From: a virus
IMG/VR virus record: IMGVR_UViG_3300010885_030180
Coordinates: 39,606-103,605 of that record
DNA: 64,000 nucleotides
Reading direction: 5' to 3' (one strand)
A program made the position numbers and the translations under genes. The notes under the pieces are model-generated. The model ran no database searches. It was not told where the DNA came from and was given only the letters and a program-made list of their open reading frames with translations. Positions 1-9,124 of this stretch are shown one piece after another. Positions within the stretch are counted from its first letter, which is position 1. The number at the start of each line of letters is the position of its first letter.

Positions 1-1
1 G

Positions 2-502
2 AGTGGTACAGGTACTTATTCAGCAGGTAGTGCTAAGAAGAACAACAAAAATGTTACTGATACTCGTACTGCACAGGTAAGAAACACAAATGCTCCTCAG
101 TCAGCATCATCTATTAGTAGCAATAGTTTAACAGTTACAGGTATATATCCGTACTTCTGGGGCAAGTCAAATACATTGCCGACCACAGCAAGTATCGCAG
201 CAGCAATATTAGCAGGATCAACTAACAAGGTATTGTTAGATGCTAGCGGAACTGTTTCAGTTACTTTTGCGGCAGCAGGACAATATGTATGGATGGCACA
301 TGCAGCATCTTATACTTCTAAAACAAAATGGTTCAACACACAGTTAAATCAAGGTAACATAGGTGCAGGTAATTTTATTCTATCTCCAGTTACACAATCA
401 GTTTCATCACCTGATAGTTTTTGGTCAGGTGTGTCATTTAAAGTATATATTAGCAGTGGTGCTACTAATACAGATGGTATAATACAGTTTACTAATACTT
501 AA
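2..502 (+). CDS. Partial (5'-truncated) Ser/Thr-rich virion structural protein
   Basis: The frame of ORF 176..502 stays open back to position 2 (SGTGTYSAGSAKKNNK...YPYFWGKSNTLPTT), so the TTG at 176 is internal; lies at the head of the fibre gene cluster. Confidence 0.75.
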   Translation, partial: SGTGTYSAGSAKKNNKNVTDTRTAQVRNTNAPQSASSISSNSLTVTGIYPYFWGKSNTLPTTASIAAAILAGSTNKVLLDASGTVSVTFAAAGQYVWMAHAASYTSKTKWFNTQLNQGNIGAGNFILSPVTQSVSSPDSFWSGVSFKVYISSGATNTDGIIQFTNT

Positions 503-508
503 AAAAAT

Positions 509-2551
509 ATGTCAATATTATTAAATGACAATTTAAATATTTCAGCTGCTAAGGCAGTTGATAGTCGGTACGGTCCCTATGCAAGTACCGCAGTTGCATT
601 GGCTATAATTCCTGCATTCCAACGATATCAAGGTCTTGTTATTGGTGTTGTCCTATCCAATATACTAACAGAATATTGGTTTAAGGATGGAATATTAGAT
701 ACTGATCTAATAGAAAAATATACAACTGGGTATACTGGTAGTAGTGGTTATTTAGGTAGTAAGGGAAATCCCGGTACATCAGTAAAAATTGTAGGTAGTG
801 TTGTAACAGCAGGTAGTTTACCAGCTGGATATACTGGTGATATTGGTGATGGATACATTACACAAGACCTTGGACATTTATGGGTGTGGACTGGGAGCGC
901 CTGGGTTGATGCAGGCGAGATTAAAGGTCCAACAGGTGGTACAGGATTTACAGGTAGTATTGGTTATACTGGCAGTACAGGATATACAGGTAGTGCAGGA
1001 TATAACGGATCAATAGGTTATACGGGTAGTGTTGGTTATACTGGTAGTTACGGTTATACTGGTAGCAATGGCTATACCGGCTCAATTGGATATACTGGTA
1101 GCAATGGCTATACTGGATCAGTTGGGGATATAGGATATGCCGGTAGTAAAGGTGATGCGGGCTATACTGGTAGCGAAGGTTATACTGGTAGTATAGGAGT
1201 GGGTTACACTGGCTCTGTTGGTCAGTTAGGTTACACCGGTTCTCTTGGTATAGGCTATGCAGGGTCAATTGGCTATACAGGTAGTGTTGGCCGCGATGGA
1301 TATACAGGTAGTATTGGTAGTTTAGGTTACAGTGGTAGTAAAGGCGAGTTAGGATACTCTGGATCAACTGGCTATACAGGTAGCGTTGGCCGCGACGGCT
1401 ACTCGGGTAGTATAGGTGAAATTGGTTTCACTGGTAGTATTGGTGATTTAGGATATACTGGATCACTTGGATATGCCGGCAGTACAGGTAATTCGGGTTA
1501 TACTGGTAGTATTGGAGTGGGATATGCGGGTAGTAAAGGAACTGACGGCACATCAGTTACTATCTTAGGTACTTACTATGATCTGACTGCATTGGCAGCA
1601 GCACATCCAACCGGCGCATTAGGTGATGGTTATATATTATCATATAACGGTCATTTGGCAATATGGAATGGTGCTGCCTGGGCCGATGTAGGAAATATAA
1701 CAGGCCCACAGGGAGCTGATGGGTTTGTTGGAAGTGTCGGATACTCTGGAAGTATAGGTTACAGTGGTAGCAAAGGTGATTTAGGTTACAGTGGTAGCAT
1801 TGGTGGATTAGGATACACTGGTAGTATTGGTGGATTAGGTTATACTGGAAGTTTAGGATATTCAGGTAGTGTTGGCCAAGATGGATACACTGGTAGCATC
1901 GGTGGATTAGGATACACTGGTAGTATTGGTGGATTAGGTTATACTGGTAGCAACGGATACACAGGTAGTGTTGGCCGTGACGGCTACTCAGGTAGCATTG
2001 GTGGATTAGGATACACTGGTAGCAAAGGAGACTTAGGTTATACTGGTAGCAACGGATACACAGGTAGTGTTGGACGTGATGGATATACTGGTAGTGTTGG
2101 TGGATTAGGATACACTGGTAGTAAAGGAGATTTAGGATATTCTGGATCCACTGGATATTCTGGCAGTAATGGATACACTGGTAGTATTGGCGTAGGCTAT
2201 GTAGGTAGTAAAGGTACCGATGGTGTAATTGGATACGACGGTAGCATAGGTTATGCAGGTAGTCGAGGACCTGGTGCTAATCAAGATTTAAACACTACCA
2301 GCAGTGTTATATTTGCAAACTTAACAATTGGACCAACTGGAGTAATTACTTTTGCTAACGGGGCAACACAAAGCGGCCGTGCTCCTAGAATGATAATTGA
2401 TGACGACTTTATTAATGCTCCGGATTATGATATATTTTTTGCTACATTACTACCCGGTGATTTTTACTGGAGCGTATATGCTGGAACTATTATGATTTTA
2501 GTAGATTACGGTGGATATTACGACTGGCAGGATTTAACTGTCTACGCTTAA
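509..2551 (+). CDS. Collagen-like (GYTGSx repeat) fibre protein
   Basis: Dozens of G-Y-[TSA]-G-S-x hexapeptides (two Gly-X-Y triplets each), interrupted by two copies of a TSV.I.G...GDGYI...GHL..W.G.AW.D.G.I.GP module. Confidence 0.85.
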   Translation: MSILLNDNLNISAAKAVDSRYGPYASTAVALAIIPAFQRYQGLVIGVVLSNILTEYWFKDGILDTDLIEKYTTGYTGSSGYLGSKGNPGTSVKIVGSVVTAGSLPAGYTGDIGDGYITQDLGHLWVWTGSAWVDAGEIKGPTGGTGFTGSIGYTGSTGYTGSAGYNGSIGYTGSVGYTGSYGYTGSNGYTGSIGYTGSNGYTGSVGDIGYAGSKGDAGYTGSEGYTGSIGVGYTGSVGQLGYTGSLGIGYAGSIGYTGSVGRDGYTGSIGSLGYSGSKGELGYSGSTGYTGSVGRDGYSGSIGEIGFTGSIGDLGYTGSLGYAGSTGNSGYTGSIGVGYAGSKGTDGTSVTILGTYYDLTALAAAHPTGALGDGYILSYNGHLAIWNGAAWADVGNITGPQGADGFVGSVGYSGSIGYSGSKGDLGYSGSIGGLGYTGSIGGLGYTGSLGYSGSVGQDGYTGSIGGLGYTGSIGGLGYTGSNGYTGSVGRDGYSGSIGGLGYTGSKGDLGYTGSNGYTGSVGRDGYTGSVGGLGYTGSKGDLGYSGSTGYSGSNGYTGSIGVGYVGSKGTDGVIGYDGSIGYAGSRGPGANQDLNTTSSVIFANLTIGPTGVITFANGATQSGRAPRMIIDDDFINAPDYDIFFATLLPGDFYWSVYAGTIMILVDYGGYYDWQDLTVYA

Positions 2552-2553
2552 TC

Positions 2554-2561
2554 AATAAATA
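2554..2561 (+). promoter_or_regulatory. T4-type late promoter-like box (AATAAATA)
   Basis: Matches the TAAATA core; 7 nt upstream of the ATG at 2569; no Shine-Dalgarno. Confidence 0.5.
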
Positions 2562-2568
2562 TTAAGTT

Positions 2569-5500
2569 ATGGCAATTTTCTTTTATCCCTATCCCACTAC
2601 TCAACCTAATACAGTCTTATCTCAATTTGTATTAAATGACATATGGGTAAGCCAAAACGGCGCACCTGTACAGCTAACATACAATGCAATTACTAAAAAG
2701 AATGCCTGGACAAAGTATACAACACCACCAGCAGTAGGAGGAATTAGTGCGTCGATTAATGGCGGTCCACCAGTAATTGCATCAACATTAGTCAGTAATA
2801 CATCTTTAACTAAAGACCAAAGTACTTCATTTGTACCAGTAACTGCTTACGGTGGTGCAGCCGTTGCATCGTCTTATACTGTCACTGGCGCTACGGTAAC
2901 TGGATTAACAGCAACAATTAGTCCTGCATTACCTGCAGGTTTAACATTGAGTACTACTCTAACCGTTAAGTCGGTAACAGGTGCAGATAGCGTTCCAAGA
3001 TTGTATAATTCAGTAGATGTTACAATTTCAGGTACACCCACTGTAGCAATTGCCGGTACTACTTTTATAGTTACATTTACTGATGCAGGTGGTCAAACTT
3101 CCGGAGCATCGTTTAATTTAACTGTAACTGGCCCAGTTATTCCAACTTTGGTAGCTACCCAGTCTGTAGCATCTACTTCATTAACAAAAAATGTAGCGGC
3201 CGCAGCATTTACTCCAGTTACTGGTTCAGGTGGACAAAATCCTTTAAGTTATGGAGTAAGCCCAAGTTTACCAGCAGGGTTAAGTTTTAATTCTACTAAT
3301 GGACAAATAACCGGTACTCCAACAGTTGCACTTTCTGCAACTACATTTACTGTAACGGTTACTGATAGCCTAGGGCAAACAGCCAGTAACACATTTAGTT
3401 TAACAGTAGTAAATCCACCAGCATTGGTATTATCTCAATCAGTTACCACTAAAGATTTAACACAAAATGTAGCGATAACAGCATTTATTCCAGTAAGTGC
3501 AACAGGCGGATATGGAACACTTACTTATAGTATAAGTCCAACATTACCTGCAGGATTAAGTTTTAGTATTGTTACTGGACAGATTAGCGGAACACCTACT
3601 GTATCTAGTGCTGCTAACAATTACACGGTAACTATTACTGATACACTTGCACAATCAGTTAATGCAACATTTTCGTTAAGTGTTACTCCTGCGCAAGTAA
3701 TAACAGTACAGGCTGTACCAAATACAACACTAACACAAAAGATTGTTGCAACAGAATTTACTCCTGTTACGGGCAGTGGCGGCACCGGCACACTAACTTA
3801 TGCAGTTAGTCCATCATTACCAACTGGATTGAGTTTCAATAGTTCAAACGGTTTAATATCTGGTACTCCAACTGTAACTTCTGGCCTTACTGTTTATACA
3901 GTAACCGTAACTGATTCACAGACACAAACCAGCAGTAAGACATTTAGTTTAACAGTTAACGCACCACCTGCATTAAGTACTACTCAAGCAATTGCTACAA
4001 AATCGTTGTCGCAAAATGCAGTAGCAACACCATTTATACCTGTAACTGCAACGGGTGGTGTTCCTTCATTGGTATTTGCAATTAGCCCAGCACTACCAGC
4101 AGGATTAACATTTAGTAGCACTACTGGACAAGTTTCTGGAACACCAAGTGTTGCCACTATTGCTACTACCTATACTGTTACTGTTACTGATGCGGTAGCT
4201 CAAACTAGTAGTAAGACATTTCTTTTAAATGTAGATGCGGTATCTTTAACTACTACACTGGTAGTTCCTACTACTGTATTATTGCAAAATGATCTAGCAG
4301 CATCATTTACTCCTGTAACAGGCAGCGGCGGTATTGGTACATTAAATTATGCTGTCAGTCCTGCACTACCAACTGGATTGACATTTAACACTAATAATGG
4401 TTTAATAAGTGGTACACCTACTGTTATTTTAGCAACTACTAATTTCACAGTAACCGTTACCGATAGCAATAATATACCACAGAGTAGCAGCAAGACATTT
4501 AGTCTAACTGTTAATCCAAAAGCAGTAGTTACTGTACAGGCCGTTCCTAGCACAGTAATAACTCAAAATATTAGTATTACTCCGTTTATTCCTGTAACAG
4601 CTAGTGGAGGTACCGGCACATTAACTTATGCGGTTAGTCCTGCATTACCAACTGGATTGAGTTTTAATACTGTCAATGGACAGATTAGTGGAAACTCCGG
4701 TTCTGTACTAAGTCAAACTACATATACCGTTACAGTTACAGATTCTAATACTGTACCTCAAAGCAGTAGTAAAACATTTACATTAACTGTTAATGCATTA
4801 CCTGCACTTACTACTACATTGGTACAGGCTACAGCAACTTTAACTCAGAATACAGCAGTAACAGCATTTATTCCAGTAACAGGTACAGGTGGGTATGGAA
4901 CGCTTGCTTATAGTATAAGTCCTGCATTACCGAGCGGATTAAGTTTTAATACTTCAAATGGTCAAGTAACTGGAACTCCATCGGTTCTTAGTGGAACCAC
5001 TAATTATATAGTAACGGTCACTGACGGTGCATCACAATCTAGTAACAAGACATTTAGTTTAACAGTCAATGCTGGACCTATTGTTACAACAGTATTGGTA
5101 GCCGCTCAAACAATCACTCAGTATATACTGGCTACTACATTTAAACCAGTTAATGGTACAGGCGGATATGGAACATTATTATATAGTGTTAGTCCAACAT
5201 TACCAAGTGGATTAAATTTAAATAGTTCAACTGGTTTTATTACTGGTACTCCTACAGTTGTACAAGGTGCAACTACCTATACTATAACAGTTACTGATTC
5301 AGTACCACAGACCAGTAGTAAGACATTTACATTAACTGTAGAAGCACCTCCGGCAATATCTACAGTTTTAGCAGTCCCAACTAGTGCATTAACGATTGGT
5401 GTTGCAGCAAGTGCATTTACTCCGGTAACTGCTACTGGCGGATATGGCACATTGTCATATGCTATTGGTACTAGCTTACCGGGTGGATTAATATTTAATA

Positions 5501-8500
5501 CTTCAACCGGAGTAGTAAGTGGTACTCCTACAGTAATATCAAGTAGTAATCCTTATACCGTTACAGTTACTGACACGCTATCACAACTTAGCAGCAAAAC
5601 ATTTAGTTTATCGGTAAGTTATCCTTTATTGAGTACTACTCAGGTAATTGCTACTAAAACTATTACACAGAATATCGATACAGCATCATTTACACCGGTT
5701 ACATATACTGGTGGTTATGGGGCTGTTGCATATTCCATTGCTCCTGCTTTACCAAGTGGACTGGCAATTAATACATCCACTGGATTGATCAGTGGAATAG
5801 CAATTACATCTAGTACTGTTGCCCTTTATACAGTTACCGCTACTGATGCCGCGGCGCAAACTAGTAGTAAGGGATTTAGTTTAACTGTATTACCTGAACC
5901 ACCACCTCCAGCGGTAGTTGCTACACTATCAACATCAAGCTATTCGTTTGTTAAAAATGTAGCCGTTACTACATTTACTCCTGTAGTAGGTAGTGGTGGT
6001 AAGGGTACTCTTTCGTATTCTATTGATATTGGATTACCTAGCGGATTAACTTTCATTCCAACTACAGGACAGATATTAGGAACACCAACTGGTACAAGTA
6101 ACACTACTACATACTCAGTAACAGTTACTGATTCAATATCACAGACTGCTAGTAAGTCGTTTAGTATCTATGTGGCGCCACCACCACCTCCACCTGCATT
6201 AGTTGTAACAGCCACAATTGTTACAAAAACATTAATAAAGAATGTAGCAGCAACAGCATTTATTCCAGTAACTGCCACCGGAGGAGTTGGAGCATATACA
6301 TTTAATGTTAGTCCAAGTTTACCAACAGGATTAACTTTCTTAAGTTCCAATGGACAGATTATTGGTACTCCAAGTAGCACCAGTTCTACAGCTACTTATA
6401 GTATAACTGTTGCAGATACAGTACCACAATATAATACAGCAACATTCTTATTAAATGTAATTAATCCGCCTGCGTTAGCCACCACCGCTACTGCGGCTAC
6501 TTTCTCATTGCAGAAAGATGTTACAATTTCTGCATTTTATCCTGTAACTGCAACAGGCGGTTATGGAACACTTACTTATAGTATAAGTCCAACATTACCA
6601 AGTGGATTGAGTTTTAATTCTACAAATGGTCAGGTAACTGGTACTCCAACAATATATAATGCTAGTACCAGTTATACAATAACAGTAACTGATCAAGCAG
6701 CACAATCAAGCAGCACAGCAGTTTCAATAAGTGTGATACCTGCGTCATTGGTTACAACATTAGCAGTAACATCTAGCACATTTGTTAATGGAGTTACTAT
6801 TACAGCGGTTACTCCAGTAACTGCAACAGGTGGATATACTCCGTACACATATGAAATAAGTTCACCGTTGCCTACCGGATTGGCATTTAGTACAAGTACA
6901 GGGCAAATAACAGGTAAACCTACCGCATCAATATCTGCCACACCATTTACTATAACAGTTAAAGATTTTGGAGTTACTCAAGCTAGCAGCAAGGTTTATA
7001 CATTAACAGTTAATAATCCACCTGCATTAGTTACTGTACAGGATGTTCCTACAGTTAGTTTAACTAGATATGTTGATGTTGCAAATGTATCACCTGTGAG
7101 TGCTAGTGGTGGTTACGGAACTATTTCTTTTGCAATTACTCCTACATTGCCTAGTGGATTAAGTTTCAATGCATCAAATGGTAAGATCACCGGAACTCCT
7201 ACACAATTAGATAATCGTGTATATACTATAACTGCCGCGGATTCTTTAGGGCAAACTAGCAGCAAGACATTTACATTATCAGTTGTACCTGTTCCAATTG
7301 TTACAACATTAGCAGTAGCCAGTAAAAATCTACAGGTACTTGAGTTAGCTACTCCTTTTACTCCTGTTACTGCAACAGATGGGTCAGGTACATTAACCTG
7401 GGCAATAGATAAACTATTACCAAGTGGACTTACAATCAGTACATCTACTGGTTTAATTAGCGGAACTCCTTCTGTAATAAGTTCATTAACAAACTATGCG
7501 GTTACTGTTTCAGATGCAAGTACCTCTAGTAGCAAAACATTTAGTTTATTAATTGACTTTTTACCATTAACCGTTGAACAATTAATTACAGTTAATACAT
7601 TAACACAAAATGTAGCAGCGGTTGCATTTAAACCAGTTAATGCTATTGGTGGTGTTGGTACTTTAGTATATTCAACTGTACCTAGTTTGCAGGCCGGCCT
7701 TAGTATCAATACCAGCACCGGTTATATCAGTGGTACTCCTACTATTGTAACTGCTGGTACTGTGTATTCAGTAGTTGCAACGGATACTATAAGCAATGTC
7801 AATAGTAGTACATTTACTTTAGTTGTTAATGCACCGCCTGCATTAACTACTACCGTAACTACTAGTTCTATCTCACTTACAGTTAATAACGGTGTTGTTC
7901 CTAATATTAGACCAATATTAGGTACAGGTGGATATGGATCACTACGTTATAGTCTTAATAATTCTCCTATCTTTCCTCAAGGATTAACATTTAATACAAG
8001 TACTGGATATATCAGTGGTACTCCAACATTATTAGGGTCTGTACAAACATATACAGTTACCGTAAGAGACGATCTATCTCAAGTTAGTACACAGACATTT
8101 AATTTACAAGTAATTCCACTTCCGATTACTATTACAGTACCTTATCCTACAGCAGCATTAACACAGTATACTCAAGTTACACCATTTGTTCCTGTAGTAG
8201 GCACACTTGGTTATGGTGCATTGACCTATAGTATAAATCCACCATTATCAACGGGATTAAATTTTGATATCAATACTGGAGAAGTTAGCGGCACACCTAC
8301 CAGTACAGTCGGTGATGCTGTACATTATGTAACTGTTACTGACCAAGCTGGACAAAATAATACTGGAACAACTACTATTGTTATTAGTGATAATCCACCT
8401 CCTACATTATTGGCAGTATTACAATCTTCTTATATTGCGTTAACATTGGGTGAATTATCTGAGACAATACCAGTAACTGGTAGTAGCGGTTATGGCACAT

Positions 8501-9090
8501 ATAGTTATTCAATAAGTCCTAGTCAGTTGCCAGCTGGACTAACATTTAATACAGTTAACGGATTAATTAGTGGAACGCCTACAGCAGTATTCACAAGTAC
8601 AAGTTTTACTATTACTGTAACTGACGGTGTTCCACAAACAGCAATACAATCTTTTAATTTAGCAGTAATAGAGGCTATAGTAACACAGGGCAAGGGATAT
8701 ACAGGTAGTCGTGGATATACAGGTTCAATAGGCGTAGGATACACTGGCAGTAAAGGCAATATTGGCTATATAGGTAGTTTTGGCTACACGGGCTCAATTG
8801 GTTATACCGGTAGTGCTGGTCAAAATGGTTATACCGGATCAGCAAGTACCGCAAGTGGATATACCGGTTCAATTGGCGCAGGGTACACTGGTTCGGTTGG
8901 CAACACAGGTACTGGATATACTGGATCTATTGGAATAGGATATACTGGTAGTCGAGGTTATGTAGGTAGCAAAGGTGAAAAAGGCGACCCGGGAACAGGT
9001 GGTGGCGGCGGCTATTTTGGTAACTTTGACGGAGGTCAACCTGACTCTAATTATGGTGGAATCACTAGTATCGATGCTGGTGGGGTCTAG
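2569..9090 (+). CDS. Large putative-Ig (He_PIG/cadherin-like) repeat virion protein with C-terminal GYTGS collagen-like segment
   Basis: 21 counted ~92-aa repeats with P.LP.GL.F/....G.ISGTP....YTVTVTD; C-terminal GYTGS repeats and a DGG-containing tail. Confidence 0.85.
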   Translation: MAIFFYPYPTTQPNTVLSQFVLNDIWVSQNGAPVQLTYNAITKKNAWTKYTTPPAVGGISASINGGPPVIASTLVSNTSLTKDQSTSFVPVTAYGGAAVASSYTVTGATVTGLTATISPALPAGLTLSTTLTVKSVTGADSVPRLYNSVDVTISGTPTVAIAGTTFIVTFTDAGGQTSGASFNLTVTGPVIPTLVATQSVASTSLTKNVAAAAFTPVTGSGGQNPLSYGVSPSLPAGLSFNSTNGQITGTPTVALSATTFTVTVTDSLGQTASNTFSLTVVNPPALVLSQSVTTKDLTQNVAITAFIPVSATGGYGTLTYSISPTLPAGLSFSIVTGQISGTPTVSSAANNYTVTITDTLAQSVNATFSLSVTPAQVITVQAVPNTTLTQKIVATEFTPVTGSGGTGTLTYAVSPSLPTGLSFNSSNGLISGTPTVTSGLTVYTVTVTDSQTQTSSKTFSLTVNAPPALSTTQAIATKSLSQNAVATPFIPVTATGGVPSLVFAISPALPAGLTFSSTTGQVSGTPSVATIATTYTVTVTDAVAQTSSKTFLLNVDAVSLTTTLVVPTTVLLQNDLAASFTPVTGSGGIGTLNYAVSPALPTGLTFNTNNGLISGTPTVILATTNFTVTVTDSNNIPQSSSKTFSLTVNPKAVVTVQAVPSTVITQNISITPFIPVTASGGTGTLTYAVSPALPTGLSFNTVNGQISGNSGSVLSQTTYTVTVTDSNTVPQSSSKTFTLTVNALPALTTTLVQATATLTQNTAVTAFIPVTGTGGYGTLAYSISPALPSGLSFNTSNGQVTGTPSVLSGTTNYIVTVTDGASQSSNKTFSLTVNAGPIVTTVLVAAQTITQYILATTFKPVNGTGGYGTLLYSVSPTLPSGLNLNSSTGFITGTPTVVQGATTYTITVTDSVPQTSSKTFTLTVEAPPAISTVLAVPTSALTIGVAASAFTPVTATGGYGTLSYAIGTSLPGGLIFNTSTGVVSGTPTVISSSNPYTVTVTDTLSQLSSKTFSLSVSYPLLSTTQVIATKTITQNIDTASFTPVTYTGGYGAVAYSIAPALPSGLAINTSTGLISGIAITSSTVALYTVTATDAAAQTSSKGFSLTVLPEPPPPAVVATLSTSSYSFVKNVAVTTFTPVVGSGGKGTLSYSIDIGLPSGLTFIPTTGQILGTPTGTSNTTTYSVTVTDSISQTASKSFSIYVAPPPPPPALVVTATIVTKTLIKNVAATAFIPVTATGGVGAYTFNVSPSLPTGLTFLSSNGQIIGTPSSTSSTATYSITVADTVPQYNTATFLLNVINPPALATTATAATFSLQKDVTISAFYPVTATGGYGTLTYSISPTLPSGLSFNSTNGQVTGTPTIYNASTSYTITVTDQAAQSSSTAVSISVIPASLVTTLAVTSSTFVNGVTITAVTPVTATGGYTPYTYEISSPLPTGLAFSTSTGQITGKPTASISATPFTITVKDFGVTQASSKVYTLTVNNPPALVTVQDVPTVSLTRYVDVANVSPVSASGGYGTISFAITPTLPSGLSFNASNGKITGTPTQLDNRVYTITAADSLGQTSSKTFTLSVVPVPIVTTLAVASKNLQVLELATPFTPVTATDGSGTLTWAIDKLLPSGLTISTSTGLISGTPSVISSLTNYAVTVSDASTSSSKTFSLLIDFLPLTVEQLITVNTLTQNVAAVAFKPVNAIGGVGTLVYSTVPSLQAGLSINTSTGYISGTPTIVTAGTVYSVVATDTISNVNSSTFTLVVNAPPALTTTVTTSSISLTVNNGVVPNIRPILGTGGYGSLRYSLNNSPIFPQGLTFNTSTGYISGTPTLLGSVQTYTVTVRDDLSQVSTQTFNLQVIPLPITITVPYPTAALTQYTQVTPFVPVVGTLGYGALTYSINPPLSTGLNFDINTGEVSGTPTSTVGDAVHYVTVTDQAGQNNTGTTTIVISDNPPPTLLAVLQSSYIALTLGELSETIPVTGSSGYGTYSYSISPSQLPAGLTFNTVNGLISGTPTAVFTSTSFTITVTDGVPQTAIQSFNLAVIEAIVTQGKGYTGSRGYTGSIGVGYTGSKGNIGYIGSFGYTGSIGYTGSAGQNGYTGSASTASGYTGSIGAGYTGSVGNTGTGYTGSIGIGYTGSRGYVGSKGEKGDPGTGGGGGYFGNFDGGQPDSNYGGITSIDAGGV

Positions 9091-9098
9091 GATAAATA
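9091..9098 (+). promoter_or_regulatory. T4-type late promoter-like box (GATAAATA)
   Basis: Intergenic TAAATA core upstream of the ATG at 9125. Confidence 0.55.
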
Positions 9099-9124
9099 TC
9101 GTACAGCAGATATAAAAGGTAAAA

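Noticed and set aside
940-2260. Short periodic DNA repeats (ggttatactggtag...) resembling a CRISPR or satellite array
   Set aside because: Variation is concentrated at synonymous positions and there are no unique spacers; they are coding GYTGS repeats
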